Part shown: positions 10,172 to 19,054 of the stretch, piece after piece
Layout: every line of letters starts with the position of its first letter
How positions within the stretch are numbered: the first letter of the stretch is position 1
DNA from: Candidatus Sumerlaeota bacterium
GTDB lineage: Bacteria > Sumerlaeota > Sumerlaeia > JAFGJS01
Length of the DNA stretch: 64,000 bases
Reading direction: 5' to 3'
NCBI GenBank assembly: GCA_016928995.1
Contig: JAFGJS010000042.1
Coordinates: forward strand, 31,726-95,725
The notes under the pieces: generated by a model
What the model was told of the DNA's origin: nothing
Seen by the model: only the letters and a program-made list of their open reading frames with translations
Databases searched by the model: none
Translations under genes and position numbers: made by a program

Positions 10172-11662
10172 ATGAAATATGATATTGTGCTGGTTCAATG
10201 CCCGATGATGGTTCATTTCTGGCCGTCGACCGGACTGGGCTACTTATGTGAGTATCTTCGCTTGCATGACTATCAGGTTAAAATGCTGGATCAGAATATT
10301 GATTTCTTTCATTTATGCGACAATCGCGAGATCTACCGGCTGGATAATGACAACACATGGTATAGCGAGGAATTGTTTGCGCCGTTGCGGGAAAAATATC
10401 GCGGCTTGATGGACCAGCAGGCGCAAGCCATTGCCGATCTCGATGCGCCCATTGTCGGTTATACTGTTTCCAGCACCAATGTAAAATGGACATTGGAAGT
10501 TGCTCGCCGGGTGCGTCGATTGGATCCGCAACGGCTGACGGTTTTTGGCGGCAGCGAGTTCATCCTTCCTGAGTCAGCGGAGCGTTATCGTGACGAGGCG
10601 GATGTGTTTGTGATTGGCGAAGGCGAAGAAACACTATTGGAGCTGATTGAGCATCATCATCAAAATATGCCGCTGACGGGAATCGATGGGCTGATTTGCA
10701 AAAATGAACGGAATGAATTGTCTGCCTTCACTCCTCGACAGATGCCTGAAGATTTGGACCGGTTTCCTTTCCCCACGTTCCAGGAAGCCGATTTGTCACG
10801 TTACCTGTTTCCCAATGTCTGCATCAGCGCATCCCGCGGCTGCATTCGCCGCTGCACGTTTTGCTCGGATCATGCTCAATGGTGCACTTTTCGCACTCGC
10901 AGCGCGGATCACGTTATTCAAGAGATGGAATATCACGCTAAGAAGAGGCTGTCCGAAACGTTTTATATCACGTCCTCTCTGCTGAACTTCAATCCGGTCT
11001 GGTTTGAAGAGTTTTGCGACAAACTCATTGAAAAGCGGATGAACTGGGAAATCGTGACAGAGATGATTATCGACCGGCGAATGACGCCTGAACTGTTGCG
11101 CAAAGCTCGTCAGGCAGGCATTACACATGTCGAGTACGGATTGGAGTGCGGTTCAGATAAAATTTTAAGACTGATGAAAAAAGGTTTTACCACACAAATG
11201 GCTCGGGAAAACATCCGGAACACTCACAACGCCGGCATCGTATGCGAAGTCAATCTGATCACGGGATTTCCGGGTGAAATGGAAGAGGATCACAGAGCCA
11301 CGAAACAATTTCTATCGGAAAACGCCGCATATATTGATGTTATCAAGGTGATCCACGCCTGCGCGGTGTTGCCCAATTCGCCTTTGCGCAGACGCTACAA
11401 GGAATTCGGCATTGAAGATCCGGATCAAGTTTTAACCTGGCGGATTGGCGCAGAAAACACCTATGAACTCCGTCAGCAGCGCATGAACGATCTGATCGAT
11501 CATGCACGCAAACTAGGCATCGCTTTGGCCTTTGAACATCAACCGACGGGTCTGAAAAGTTACCTGAAACCAAAATATTTCAAGCAAATCATGAAACAAC
11601 CGTGGCGCAGCTATCGGAAGATTCGACGGATTATGCATTGGAAAAAACACAATAGGGATTAA
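10172..11662 (+). CDS. B12-binding-domain radical SAM protein (class B)
   Basis: N-terminal cobalamin-binding-like Rossmann segment (KYDIVLVQCP...VFGGSEFILPE...VFVIGEGEETL). Radical SAM cluster motif SASRGCIRRCTFCSD (CxxxCxxC). Starting at ATG 10172, not the GTG at 10166, is equally possible. Confidence 0.8.
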   Translation: MKYDIVLVQCPMMVHFWPSTGLGYLCEYLRLHDYQVKMLDQNIDFFHLCDNREIYRLDNDNTWYSEELFAPLREKYRGLMDQQAQAIADLDAPIVGYTVSSTNVKWTLEVARRVRRLDPQRLTVFGGSEFILPESAERYRDEADVFVIGEGEETLLELIEHHHQNMPLTGIDGLICKNERNELSAFTPRQMPEDLDRFPFPTFQEADLSRYLFPNVCISASRGCIRRCTFCSDHAQWCTFRTRSADHVIQEMEYHAKKRLSETFYITSSLLNFNPVWFEEFCDKLIEKRMNWEIVTEMIIDRRMTPELLRKARQAGITHVEYGLECGSDKILRLMKKGFTTQMARENIRNTHNAGIVCEVNLITGFPGEMEEDHRATKQFLSENAAYIDVIKVIHACAVLPNSPLRRRYKEFGIEDPDQVLTWRIGAENTYELRQQRMNDLIDHARKLGIALAFEHQPTGLKSYLKPKYFKQIMKQPWRSYRKIRRIMHWKKHNRD

Positions 11663-11670
11663 CATCAGAC

Positions 11671-11748
11671 CAAAATCTCTCCGCTCCGCACCTCTGTGAG
11701 AGATAAGTTCAACCAAAAAACCGCTACAAATGAACAGCAGAATTTCAG
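11671..11748 (+). repeat. Structured intergenic repeat, copy B (right half only)
   Basis: caaaatctctccgctccgcacctctgtgagagataagttcaaccaaaaaaccgctacaaatgaacagcagaatttcaga aligns with the right half of copies A and C. It starts 9 nt after the radical SAM stop codon. Confidence 0.65.
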
Positions 11749-11784
11749 ACTTTATCATTTCAATTCAATCGGAGAGTTTGAACG

Positions 11785-12096
11785 ATGTCACAATTCAACG
11801 ATGTGTCAGTCACCCGAGAAGCAAACATCTACTTTGACGGAAAGGTCACAAGCCGATCGATACACTTCCCCGATGGCACGAAGAAGACCCTCGGCATCAT
11901 GTTGCCTGGCGATTATGAGTTCAACACTGAAGCAAAGGAACTGATGGAGATCCTCTCTGGCGATCTTGAAATACAGTTGATTGGAGAAGATTGGAGAAAG
12001 ATAGCACCGGGTGAGTCATTTGAAGCGCCGGCTAATTCCAGCTTCAAATTGAAGATCATTAAAGTCACCGATTACTGTTGCAGCTATTTAGCCTGA
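11785..12096 (+). CDS. ppnP: Pyrimidine/purine nucleoside phosphorylase PpnP (DUF1255 cupin)
   Basis: 103 aa, ...NIYFDGKVTSRSIHFPDGTKKTLGIMLPGDYEFNTEAKELMEILSGDLEIQL...VTDYCCSYLA. Length and motifs match the YaiE/PpnP family as I recall it. Confidence 0.8.
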   Translation: MSQFNDVSVTREANIYFDGKVTSRSIHFPDGTKKTLGIMLPGDYEFNTEAKELMEILSGDLEIQLIGEDWRKIAPGESFEAPANSSFKLKIIKVTDYCCSYLA

Positions 12097-13644
12097 GTGA
12101 CTGGATTTGAGTCTCATTCAATCATGTTGAAATACCGTAACTTTTGTCTTGCGTGCGGCGGTTTGATTCAGATCAGCATTGCGATATATTTTCTGCTGCT
12201 GCCCGGCTGCACGGTTTCCTGGCGATTGATGGATGTATCGATTCGCTCGGGAAAAACACCGCGCTGGGCGGTCAGGCTTCATCGATCATTGACGCCTCAA
12301 TATGACGCCTGGGCGCGTCAACGCATTAAATCCGGCGCCGCGGCGGATTTATCGATTTTGGATATTTCCGGGACGGAATGGCCGTTGTTCGGATCGGTGT
12401 TTTATCTCTGGGCGACGCAAGCGCTGCAAGAGCAATACACACAGGGACAACTGGATGTTGATCCTTCCCGCTATGCCGGCGAAGCCGTTGAATCCGCGTA
12501 TGAACTGGTGATGGACCCCAACCATGCCGGATGGGTCCGGCAGCATTGGGGCGACGACTATCTGATCGAAGAAAACGCCTTTTACAGGATGTTGCGTATT
12601 TCAGCCCTCGTGTCGCATTATCATTTGACGCAAAGCAAGGACGACCTGCCCACGATGCAAACGGAGGTGGATGAACTGGTCAAAGATATTGACGCATCGC
12701 CTCATGGATTGCTGGAAGATTATCCCTATGAATGCTATCCGGCTGACGTGTTGACCGCCATCGCCGCCATCCGGCGCGCGAACCGTATTCTGGGAAAAGA
12801 CGACAAAGAGTTTATCCAGAGATCCATTCGGGGATTTCAAGGCGATCGGTTGGATGATTACGGCATGGTTCCCTACGCCGCCGATGTTAACAGCGGCTTC
12901 CCTTATGGCCCCTCGCGCGGCTGCGGCAATTCGTATGTCTGTCTTTCCGCGCCGGAACTCTGGCCGGAGCAGGCGAAAAAGTGGTATGATCTTTATGAGC
13001 AACATTTCTGGCAAAGCAAATGGGGAGCGGTCGGATTTCGTGAATTTGCCAAAGCGGAAAAAACCGGCGACTGGTACTTCGATGTTGACGCAGGCCCCGT
13101 AATCGCCGGACACGGCTTCGCCGCCGACGCCTTTGGCGTTGGCGCTGCGCTGATCAATGGCCGGTTCGATCATTCTTTTCCGCTGATCTGTGAGGTGATC
13201 GCCTTCAGCTGGCCGTTGCCTGATGGCACTCTGGCCATTCCGCGCTTTCTCTCCAATTCAGTCGAAGCTCCGTATCTTGGCGAAGCGGCGATTCTTTACA
13301 ATCTGACTCGTTCGCCGGCTCCGGGGCTTTCATCAAAAACCGGCGGTCATATCCCCCCGATTTGCTATGCGATGCTGGCTGTTTATTTCCTGCCCGGACT
13401 GTTGTTGCTGGCGTCGGCTGTGCGAAAGTTCCGATCAATATCCTCAAAGAGCGCGTTGACGTATCCATTGGAAAAGTTGCAGCTCGTGCTATGGGTTGTT
13501 GTTGTGACATCGTCGATCATTTCCGCAATCGTTATACCGCTTCGTGTTACGCTGGTATTGCTTCTTTTTGCTTCAATGCTGCCGCTTGGATTTCGCAGAA
13601 AAAAGAAGCGTGAAGATGAGCCAGATGCGCAGAGCGCATCCTGA
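12097..13644 (+). CDS. Hypothetical membrane-anchored protein (515 aa)
   Basis: The GTG start abuts the ppnP TGA (tgaGTG); an alternative ATG lies at 12124. One N-terminal TM and C-terminal TM segments, with a Trp/Tyr-rich soluble core. I recognise no family. Confidence 0.65.
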   Translation: MTGFESHSIMLKYRNFCLACGGLIQISIAIYFLLLPGCTVSWRLMDVSIRSGKTPRWAVRLHRSLTPQYDAWARQRIKSGAAADLSILDISGTEWPLFGSVFYLWATQALQEQYTQGQLDVDPSRYAGEAVESAYELVMDPNHAGWVRQHWGDDYLIEENAFYRMLRISALVSHYHLTQSKDDLPTMQTEVDELVKDIDASPHGLLEDYPYECYPADVLTAIAAIRRANRILGKDDKEFIQRSIRGFQGDRLDDYGMVPYAADVNSGFPYGPSRGCGNSYVCLSAPELWPEQAKKWYDLYEQHFWQSKWGAVGFREFAKAEKTGDWYFDVDAGPVIAGHGFAADAFGVGAALINGRFDHSFPLICEVIAFSWPLPDGTLAIPRFLSNSVEAPYLGEAAILYNLTRSPAPGLSSKTGGHIPPICYAMLAVYFLPGLLLLASAVRKFRSISSKSALTYPLEKLQLVLWVVVVTSSIISAIVIPLRVTLVLLLFASMLPLGFRRKKKREDEPDAQSAS

Positions 13645-13656
13645 TCAAAAATATCT

Positions 13657-13778
13657 TTCGCGCAGAGACGCAGGGGCGCGGAGGAACACATGAATATCAA
13701 ATCTCTGCGTCTCCGCGCCTCTGCGTGAAAGAAAAATTCCAACATGAAAACTCCTACGGATGAAACGCAGAGCCCAAG
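13657..13778 (+). repeat. Structured intergenic repeat, copy C
   Basis: ttcgCGCAGAGACGCAGGGGCGCGGAGGaacacatgaatatcaaaTCTCTGCGTCTCCGCGCCTCTGCGtgaaag... It starts 13 nt after the stop of the 515-aa gene. Confidence 0.8.
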
Positions 13779-13871
13779 ACGTAACTCTTCATTCTCACCC
13801 ATCAAAAAGCGAATAAAAAATCCCCGAAAATTCTGCTATCCATTTCTGATTTGGGCCGGTATTATCGCCTT

Positions 13872-15173
13872 ATGTTTGATGTTCAAAAAGATTCGATGAT
13901 TGTCGAGCGGGCGTATTTGCTCGGTGTGCGCTTGAACGGCGAATCGGCCGCGGATGCGGAAGATCACCTCGCGGAGCTGAGCGAGCTGGTGAGCACGATG
14001 GGCGTGCCTGTCGTGGGCTGCGAGATCGCGTCCCTGCAATCGCCGCATCCACGCTATCTGATCGGCGCGGGCAAAGTAGACTGGATCCAGGCGGAGCTCG
14101 AGCGGCTCGACGCAGACTGCCTGATCTTCGACGAACCGCTCTCCCCATCCCAGCAACGCAACTGGGAGAAGAAACTGGAAGATGTCTGCGTGATCGACCG
14201 GCAAGAGGTGATTCTGGACATCTTCGCTCAGCGCGCGCAGACACGCGAGGCGCGTCTGCAAATTCAACTGGCGAAGCTGGAATATTCACTGCCGCGCCTG
14301 AAACGGGCCTGGACGCACCTGGAGCGCCAGCGCAACGCGGCCGGCGGACGCGGCGGCATGGGCGAGATGCAGATCGAGATCGACCGGCGGCTCGTGCGCG
14401 AGCGCATCGGCCGGATCAAGCGCGAACTGCGCGACGTGCGCGGCAACCGCGAGACGCAGCGCAAGAAACGCAATGAGCGGCCTACGCCAGTGGCGGCAAT
14501 CGTGGGCTACACCAACGCGGGCAAGTCCTCGCTGCTCAACCGGCTCACACGCGCCGGAGTGCTGGTGGAGGACAAACTTTTCGCCACGCTCGATCCGACG
14601 ACGCGGCGTGTGACGTTGCCGGACAACCAGGAAATCCTGCTCAGCGACACGGTCGGTTTCATCCGCAAGCTGCCGCATGACCTGGTGGAGTCGTTCAAGG
14701 CGACGCTGGAAGAGGCGACGCAGGCGGATATCCTGGTGCATGTAGTGGACGCATCGCATCCGAACGCGGAGGCGCAGATCGCGGCGACGCTGAATGTGCT
14801 GGATGAGCTGGGCGCCAAAGGCAAGCCTACAATTCTGGCGCTGAATAAAATCGACCGGATGGAAGACATGCACGCGACGATATCGCTCGCGGCCGGCGCG
14901 GAGCACGCCGTAAGCATCTCGGCGATGACCGGCGAAGGACTGGACAGGCTGCTGGAGCTGCTGGCGAAGCTCAATCCGGACAAAACGCGGCGGATGATCC
15001 TGCGGATTCCCGCGTCACGCTGGGACCTGGTGTCGCTGGCGCATCGCGAGGGGCAAATCTTCGAAGAGCGGCACGGCGCGGAGGATGTATGGCTTGATGT
15101 GATCCTGCCGGAACGCCTGCGGCACAAGCTGGAATCCTTCCGCCGCGAAGCCATGCCGGCGATGCATGAATGA
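13872..15173 (+). CDS. hflX: GTPase HflX
   Basis: N-terminal HflX domain (ERAYLLGV...). G motifs GYTNAGKSSLLNRLT, DTVGF and NKID. Start taken at ATG 13872 (MFDVQKD...). Confidence 0.92.
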   Translation: MFDVQKDSMIVERAYLLGVRLNGESAADAEDHLAELSELVSTMGVPVVGCEIASLQSPHPRYLIGAGKVDWIQAELERLDADCLIFDEPLSPSQQRNWEKKLEDVCVIDRQEVILDIFAQRAQTREARLQIQLAKLEYSLPRLKRAWTHLERQRNAAGGRGGMGEMQIEIDRRLVRERIGRIKRELRDVRGNRETQRKKRNERPTPVAAIVGYTNAGKSSLLNRLTRAGVLVEDKLFATLDPTTRRVTLPDNQEILLSDTVGFIRKLPHDLVESFKATLEEATQADILVHVVDASHPNAEAQIAATLNVLDELGAKGKPTILALNKIDRMEDMHATISLAAGAEHAVSISAMTGEGLDRLLELLAKLNPDKTRRMILRIPASRWDLVSLAHREGQIFEERHGAEDVWLDVILPERLRHKLESFRREAMPAMHE

Positions 15174-15276
15174 TTTTGCTTGCTTTTGTTGTGACTTTGC
15201 CTCTTGTTCTACAGTAATTTGAGGCAAGGCTGCCTTTCGATTCCGGGCAAGATTAAGAGCAAGAGCAAGAGTGGAT

Positions 15277-16116
15277 ATGGAAATTATCCGTGACATCCAA
15301 TCGATGCGCGCATGGCGCGAGGCGGCCCGGCCGGAGCATGTCGGCTTGGTCCCGACGATGGGCGCGTTGCATGAAGGGCATCTGAGCCTGATCCGCATCG
15401 CGCGGGAGCGCGCCCCTAAAGTCGTCGTGTCGATCTACGTCAATCCGACCCAATTCGCGGCCCACGAAGATCTGGACCACTACCCGCGCACATTCGAAGA
15501 AGACCGGCGCCGCTGCGAGGAACTGGGTGTGGACGCCATTTTCTGCCCGGACGATGCGATGATGTATCCACCGGGATGCTTGACCTGGGTGCATGTGTCA
15601 CAGTTGGACAGCGCGCTGGAAGGCCAAAGCCGCCCGACACATTTCCGCGGCGTAGCCACCATCGTCACGAAACTATTTGCCATTGTGCAGCCGGACTGCG
15701 CGGTGTTCGGCTGGAAGGACGCGCAACAATTCCTCCTGCTGCGGCGCATGGTGAACGATCTGAATTTGCCGGTAGAGATGATCGGCGCGGAAATCGTGCG
15801 CGAGCCGGACGGGTTGGCGATGAGCTCGCGCAACGTGTATCTCTCCGAAGACGAACGCCGCGAGGCGCCCGCGCTGCAGCGCGCGCTGCTGCTCGCCGAA
15901 CAAATCGTGAAAGACCAGCCCGGCATACTCGCCACGGCGCTCAAACGACGCATGGAGCAAAGCATCCTCTCCGAAAGCCGCTTCCGCATCGACTACATCG
16001 CGATCGTCAATCTCGAAACGCTCCAGCCGCTCGCCCATGTTGAGCCAGGCGCCACGCTGATCGCGCTCGCCGCCTGGATGGGCCAAACCCGCTTGATCGA
16101 CAACATCCGTGTTTGA
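15277..16116 (+). CDS. panC: Pantoate--beta-alanine ligase
   Basis: VPTMGALHEGHLSLI (HxGH-type motif)...NPTQF...SSRNVYLS. Start is ATG 15277 or GTG 15271. Confidence 0.92.
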   Translation: MEIIRDIQSMRAWREAARPEHVGLVPTMGALHEGHLSLIRIARERAPKVVVSIYVNPTQFAAHEDLDHYPRTFEEDRRRCEELGVDAIFCPDDAMMYPPGCLTWVHVSQLDSALEGQSRPTHFRGVATIVTKLFAIVQPDCAVFGWKDAQQFLLLRRMVNDLNLPVEMIGAEIVREPDGLAMSSRNVYLSEDERREAPALQRALLLAEQIVKDQPGILATALKRRMEQSILSESRFRIDYIAIVNLETLQPLAHVEPGATLIALAAWMGQTRLIDNIRV

Positions 16117-16235
16117 TTTTCCATGAAACGCGATCCTCGCCGGATTCCACGCTTGACCGCGCCTTGAAATTCGCGCATAGTTAAGGAGTGCAATAAAATC
16201 GAGCTGCGAGGCATTTGATCAAAGAAAGCGGAACA

Positions 16236-16742
16236 ATGGAACTTTACATTTTCCGTCATGCGCAAGCCGTTGAGCGCGACGAAGCCGGCGGATTGCGCGA
16301 TTTCGACCGCGAACTGACCGATGTGGGGCGCAAGCAGGCCCGGCTGGCGGGAGCAGCGCTAAACCGCCTCGGCGTCAAATTTGACACGATCCTGAGCAGT
16401 CCGGCGCCGCGCGCGCTGCAAACGGCGAAAATCGCCGCAAAGGAGATGAACCTCGAAGATCGCGTGCGCGAATGTCCCGCGTTGTGGGAAGGCGACTTCG
16501 AAGACATTTTCGAGGCATGCCGCGGGATGGAAAACAAGATTGTCTGCCTGGTGGGACATGAACCCACCCTTGGCGATCTGACGGGATTCCTGACTTCAGG
16601 AAGCCGTGAGGTGTGTGTGCCGCTGAAAAAAGCCGGGATTGCGCGGATCGACATTGACGGATTGCCGCCAGAGCATCCTCGCGGTCTGCTGCGCTGGGTG
16701 ATGACGGGCAAACAGCTCAGCCTGATCAGCCAGAAAAAATGA
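16236..16742 (+). CDS. sixA: Histidine phosphatase superfamily protein, SixA-like
   Basis: MELYIFRHAQA (RHG-type motif)...LSSPAPRALQTA...LVGHEPTLG. The ~168-aa length is typical of SixA. Confidence 0.75.
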   Translation: MELYIFRHAQAVERDEAGGLRDFDRELTDVGRKQARLAGAALNRLGVKFDTILSSPAPRALQTAKIAAKEMNLEDRVRECPALWEGDFEDIFEACRGMENKIVCLVGHEPTLGDLTGFLTSGSREVCVPLKKAGIARIDIDGLPPEHPRGLLRWVMTGKQLSLISQKK

Positions 16743-16915
16743 ACTGCCGGGTTCCGGGTTCCGGGTTCCGTAATCGATGATATCAATGGATTTTTTGTAT
16801 TTTTAATTTTGAATGTGTTTCGGATTTCGGATTTAGAATTTCATAAAAGAGATACCGACAACATGACAATCCGGCATCCGAATTCTGAACTTCAGCAAAA
16901 ACACAGAAGAACTTG

Positions 16916-18688
16916 ATGATGAAACGGCTGACCACACAAATTTTGTTTGCACTGACGCTGGCCGCCATCGCGCTGGGCGCCGAGGAACTGGACTGGTCGC
17001 AGAAGTATTTCCTTCACTTGGTGAAATCCGGCGAAAACCTGTCTCAGATTTCCAAGGATTACTACGGCACGCCCGTGCATTCGGACATCATCCAGAAGGT
17101 GAACGGCATCGCGAACGTGACTCAGCTGCCGGTGGAACGCACGCTGCTGACGCCGACGAATAATTACTTTCTGGACAAAGCCGGCGTGAAGGATGCGTCG
17201 AGCACGGACCGCGGTTTTTATCGCAAGGAGACCAGCGACGGCCGGCTGTATATCGGCATTCATACGCCGCGCCAGGACATCGCGCATCCCGACAGCCGCC
17301 GCTTCATCATCATCGACATCACCGGATTGGATTATAAGGCGGTGTTCGATTCGGAAAAACTGCTGGATGCGCATCCCGACATGCCGGACCTGTCGAATTT
17401 GACGGGGTATAGTTTCATCGACCTGGACGGCGACGAGGGGCTGGATGTGCTGGGACGCGACGCAGGCACGACGACCGTGACGCATTACGTGTTTCATCAA
17501 CAGACGGACGGCGTCTATGAACCATACCTTATCGTGAAGAATACCTCAGTCGCCTTCGAAAACCACTATCGCGATCCAAACGACAACAGCCTTGTGTTCG
17601 TCTATGAGCCGCCCGAAGTGAACGGCAAACGCCTCGCAGCCAAGGTTGCGGCTTGGAAAAATCTGTTTTACCTCAAGCATCCTGAGGCGAAACCGGAAAC
17701 GCCGCCGATGGCGGAACAAGAAGCTCAGCCGCCGGTGGAAGAAAAGCCCCAAACGCCTGAAGCATCGGAAACCCAAGTCCAAGCGGAATTGGAATCCGAA
17801 GCGTCAGTGGATCAAGAAACCATCGCTGCGGCAAAACCGGAGAAGCAAATTGCGATGGAAGATAAGACTCCAATCCTTCCAGAGCAAAAGCAAACTCCTG
17901 CCCGCGAAGCAGAGGCTCAGCCCATCGTGGAAGTGGAAATCAAAGCGCCGCTCGAAATGGAACGCGCCGCTGAACCGGAGCCAGAAAGCGCGCCGGAACC
18001 GGAAACGAAGCCAGACGGCGTTACAGTATTGCCGCCCGGTGAGAAACCGGAACCGAAAACAACAGCCTTGGTTCCGCTGCCGCCAAAAACCGCCGAAAAG
18101 CCAGCTGAAACAAAGTCCGATGCGCTCGTGGATCGAGGGGATTATGCGCTCTACACCGTGCAGCACGGCGACACCTTGGGCGGCATCGCGGAACGGCAGT
18201 TGCGATCGTTCCTCAATTATACGTTGCTCTTGACGATCAACGACATGGCTCATCCGAACGAGTTGCGCGTCGGGCAACAGATCATCATTCCGCAAACCAA
18301 CACCTATTTCCTGCAAGGCGCCGAGCTGAATCTCAGCGACGGCCGGCTGGAGTTTCAAAAGTTCGTGAATAAAAAGAAATCGACGGCGGTTGTGGGCATC
18401 GCGTTGCCGCAAAAACCCGGCGATGACGGACGCCGCTTCCTCGTGATCGACCCGCGCACCAAGCCGTTTCAGATTGAGTTCGATTCCCAGAACCTGAAAC
18501 TATCCCCAAAATCCGATGAGTATCAGGCGCTTCAGCATCTGGATGAATGGTTCCTGGGTGACAGCAATGAAGACGGCGACATGGATATCGTCGGCATGGG
18601 CATGCAAAACAAAGACGGCCATCCTGCGCCGGTGCAGATGATCTTCGAAAAGCGCTGGGGCCGCTTCCGCGCCAAATTCAAACCCTAA
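16916..18688 (+). CDS. Secreted LysM-domain protein with an internally duplicated module and a Pro/Glu-rich linker
   Basis: Signal peptide MMKRLTTQILFALTLAAIALGA. Two LysM-like segments (HLVKSGENLSQISKDYYG...; YTVQHGDTLGGIAERQL...GQQIIIP). Each is followed by a homologous ~170-aa module ending in an acidic FG-GAP/VCBS-like loop (FIDLDGDEGLDVLG / LGDSNEDGDMDIVG). Confidence 0.8.
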   Translation: MMKRLTTQILFALTLAAIALGAEELDWSQKYFLHLVKSGENLSQISKDYYGTPVHSDIIQKVNGIANVTQLPVERTLLTPTNNYFLDKAGVKDASSTDRGFYRKETSDGRLYIGIHTPRQDIAHPDSRRFIIIDITGLDYKAVFDSEKLLDAHPDMPDLSNLTGYSFIDLDGDEGLDVLGRDAGTTTVTHYVFHQQTDGVYEPYLIVKNTSVAFENHYRDPNDNSLVFVYEPPEVNGKRLAAKVAAWKNLFYLKHPEAKPETPPMAEQEAQPPVEEKPQTPEASETQVQAELESEASVDQETIAAAKPEKQIAMEDKTPILPEQKQTPAREAEAQPIVEVEIKAPLEMERAAEPEPESAPEPETKPDGVTVLPPGEKPEPKTTALVPLPPKTAEKPAETKSDALVDRGDYALYTVQHGDTLGGIAERQLRSFLNYTLLLTINDMAHPNELRVGQQIIIPQTNTYFLQGAELNLSDGRLEFQKFVNKKKSTAVVGIALPQKPGDDGRRFLVIDPRTKPFQIEFDSQNLKLSPKSDEYQALQHLDEWFLGDSNEDGDMDIVGMGMQNKDGHPAPVQMIFEKRWGRFRAKFKP

Positions 18689-18741
18689 GCTAATCTCAGT
18701 TCATTCGACGCAAAGGTTTAATCGCTCCGCTCAAAGCATCG

Positions 18742-18912
18742 CTATTGAAGCTCACGGTCAGCGGCGAAAAGGATATCTTCCGCGTCGGCCAATGGTTCAT
18801 GGCGATCCTTCGAAGCCTCGGCGTCATCATTGGATTTTTCGGCCGAGGCGCGGCCGAGGCGGATTTCCGTCTTGGTCTGCGAACGGGACTTTTTTTCGTC
18901 CTGCGGTTTCAT
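18742..18912 (-). CDS. Small highly charged hypothetical protein (56 aa, below the track cutoff)
   Basis: Hand translation: MKPQDEKKSRSQTKTEIRLGRASAEKSNDDAEASKDRHEPLADAEDILFAADRELQ*. A strong SD (AAGGAGG) lies 8 nt upstream of the ATG. It is ~140 nt downstream of the ExeA-like gene on the same strand. Confidence 0.45.
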   Translation of the reverse strand: MKPQDEKKSRSQTKTEIRLGRASAEKSNDDAEASKDRHEPLADAEDILFAADRELQ

Positions 18913-19054
18913 GGATCAACCTCCTTATCCGCGTGAAAAAAAAGCTCCGGCTGACTCCAACAGCCGGAGCGCCATGCGGTTAATGGGTTGTAAAATTGCG
19001 CCCTGCGGCGCCATTGCGATGTCACTCGCAATTAAACTCGTCGAACAAATCTCC

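Noticed and set aside
9889-13778. Possibility that the repeated GC-rich units are a CRISPR array.
   Set aside because: There are only three copies, separated by 1.5-2 kb of coding sequence and not by 30-40-nt spacers. The units are ~120 nt with internal hairpins, and there are no cas genes.
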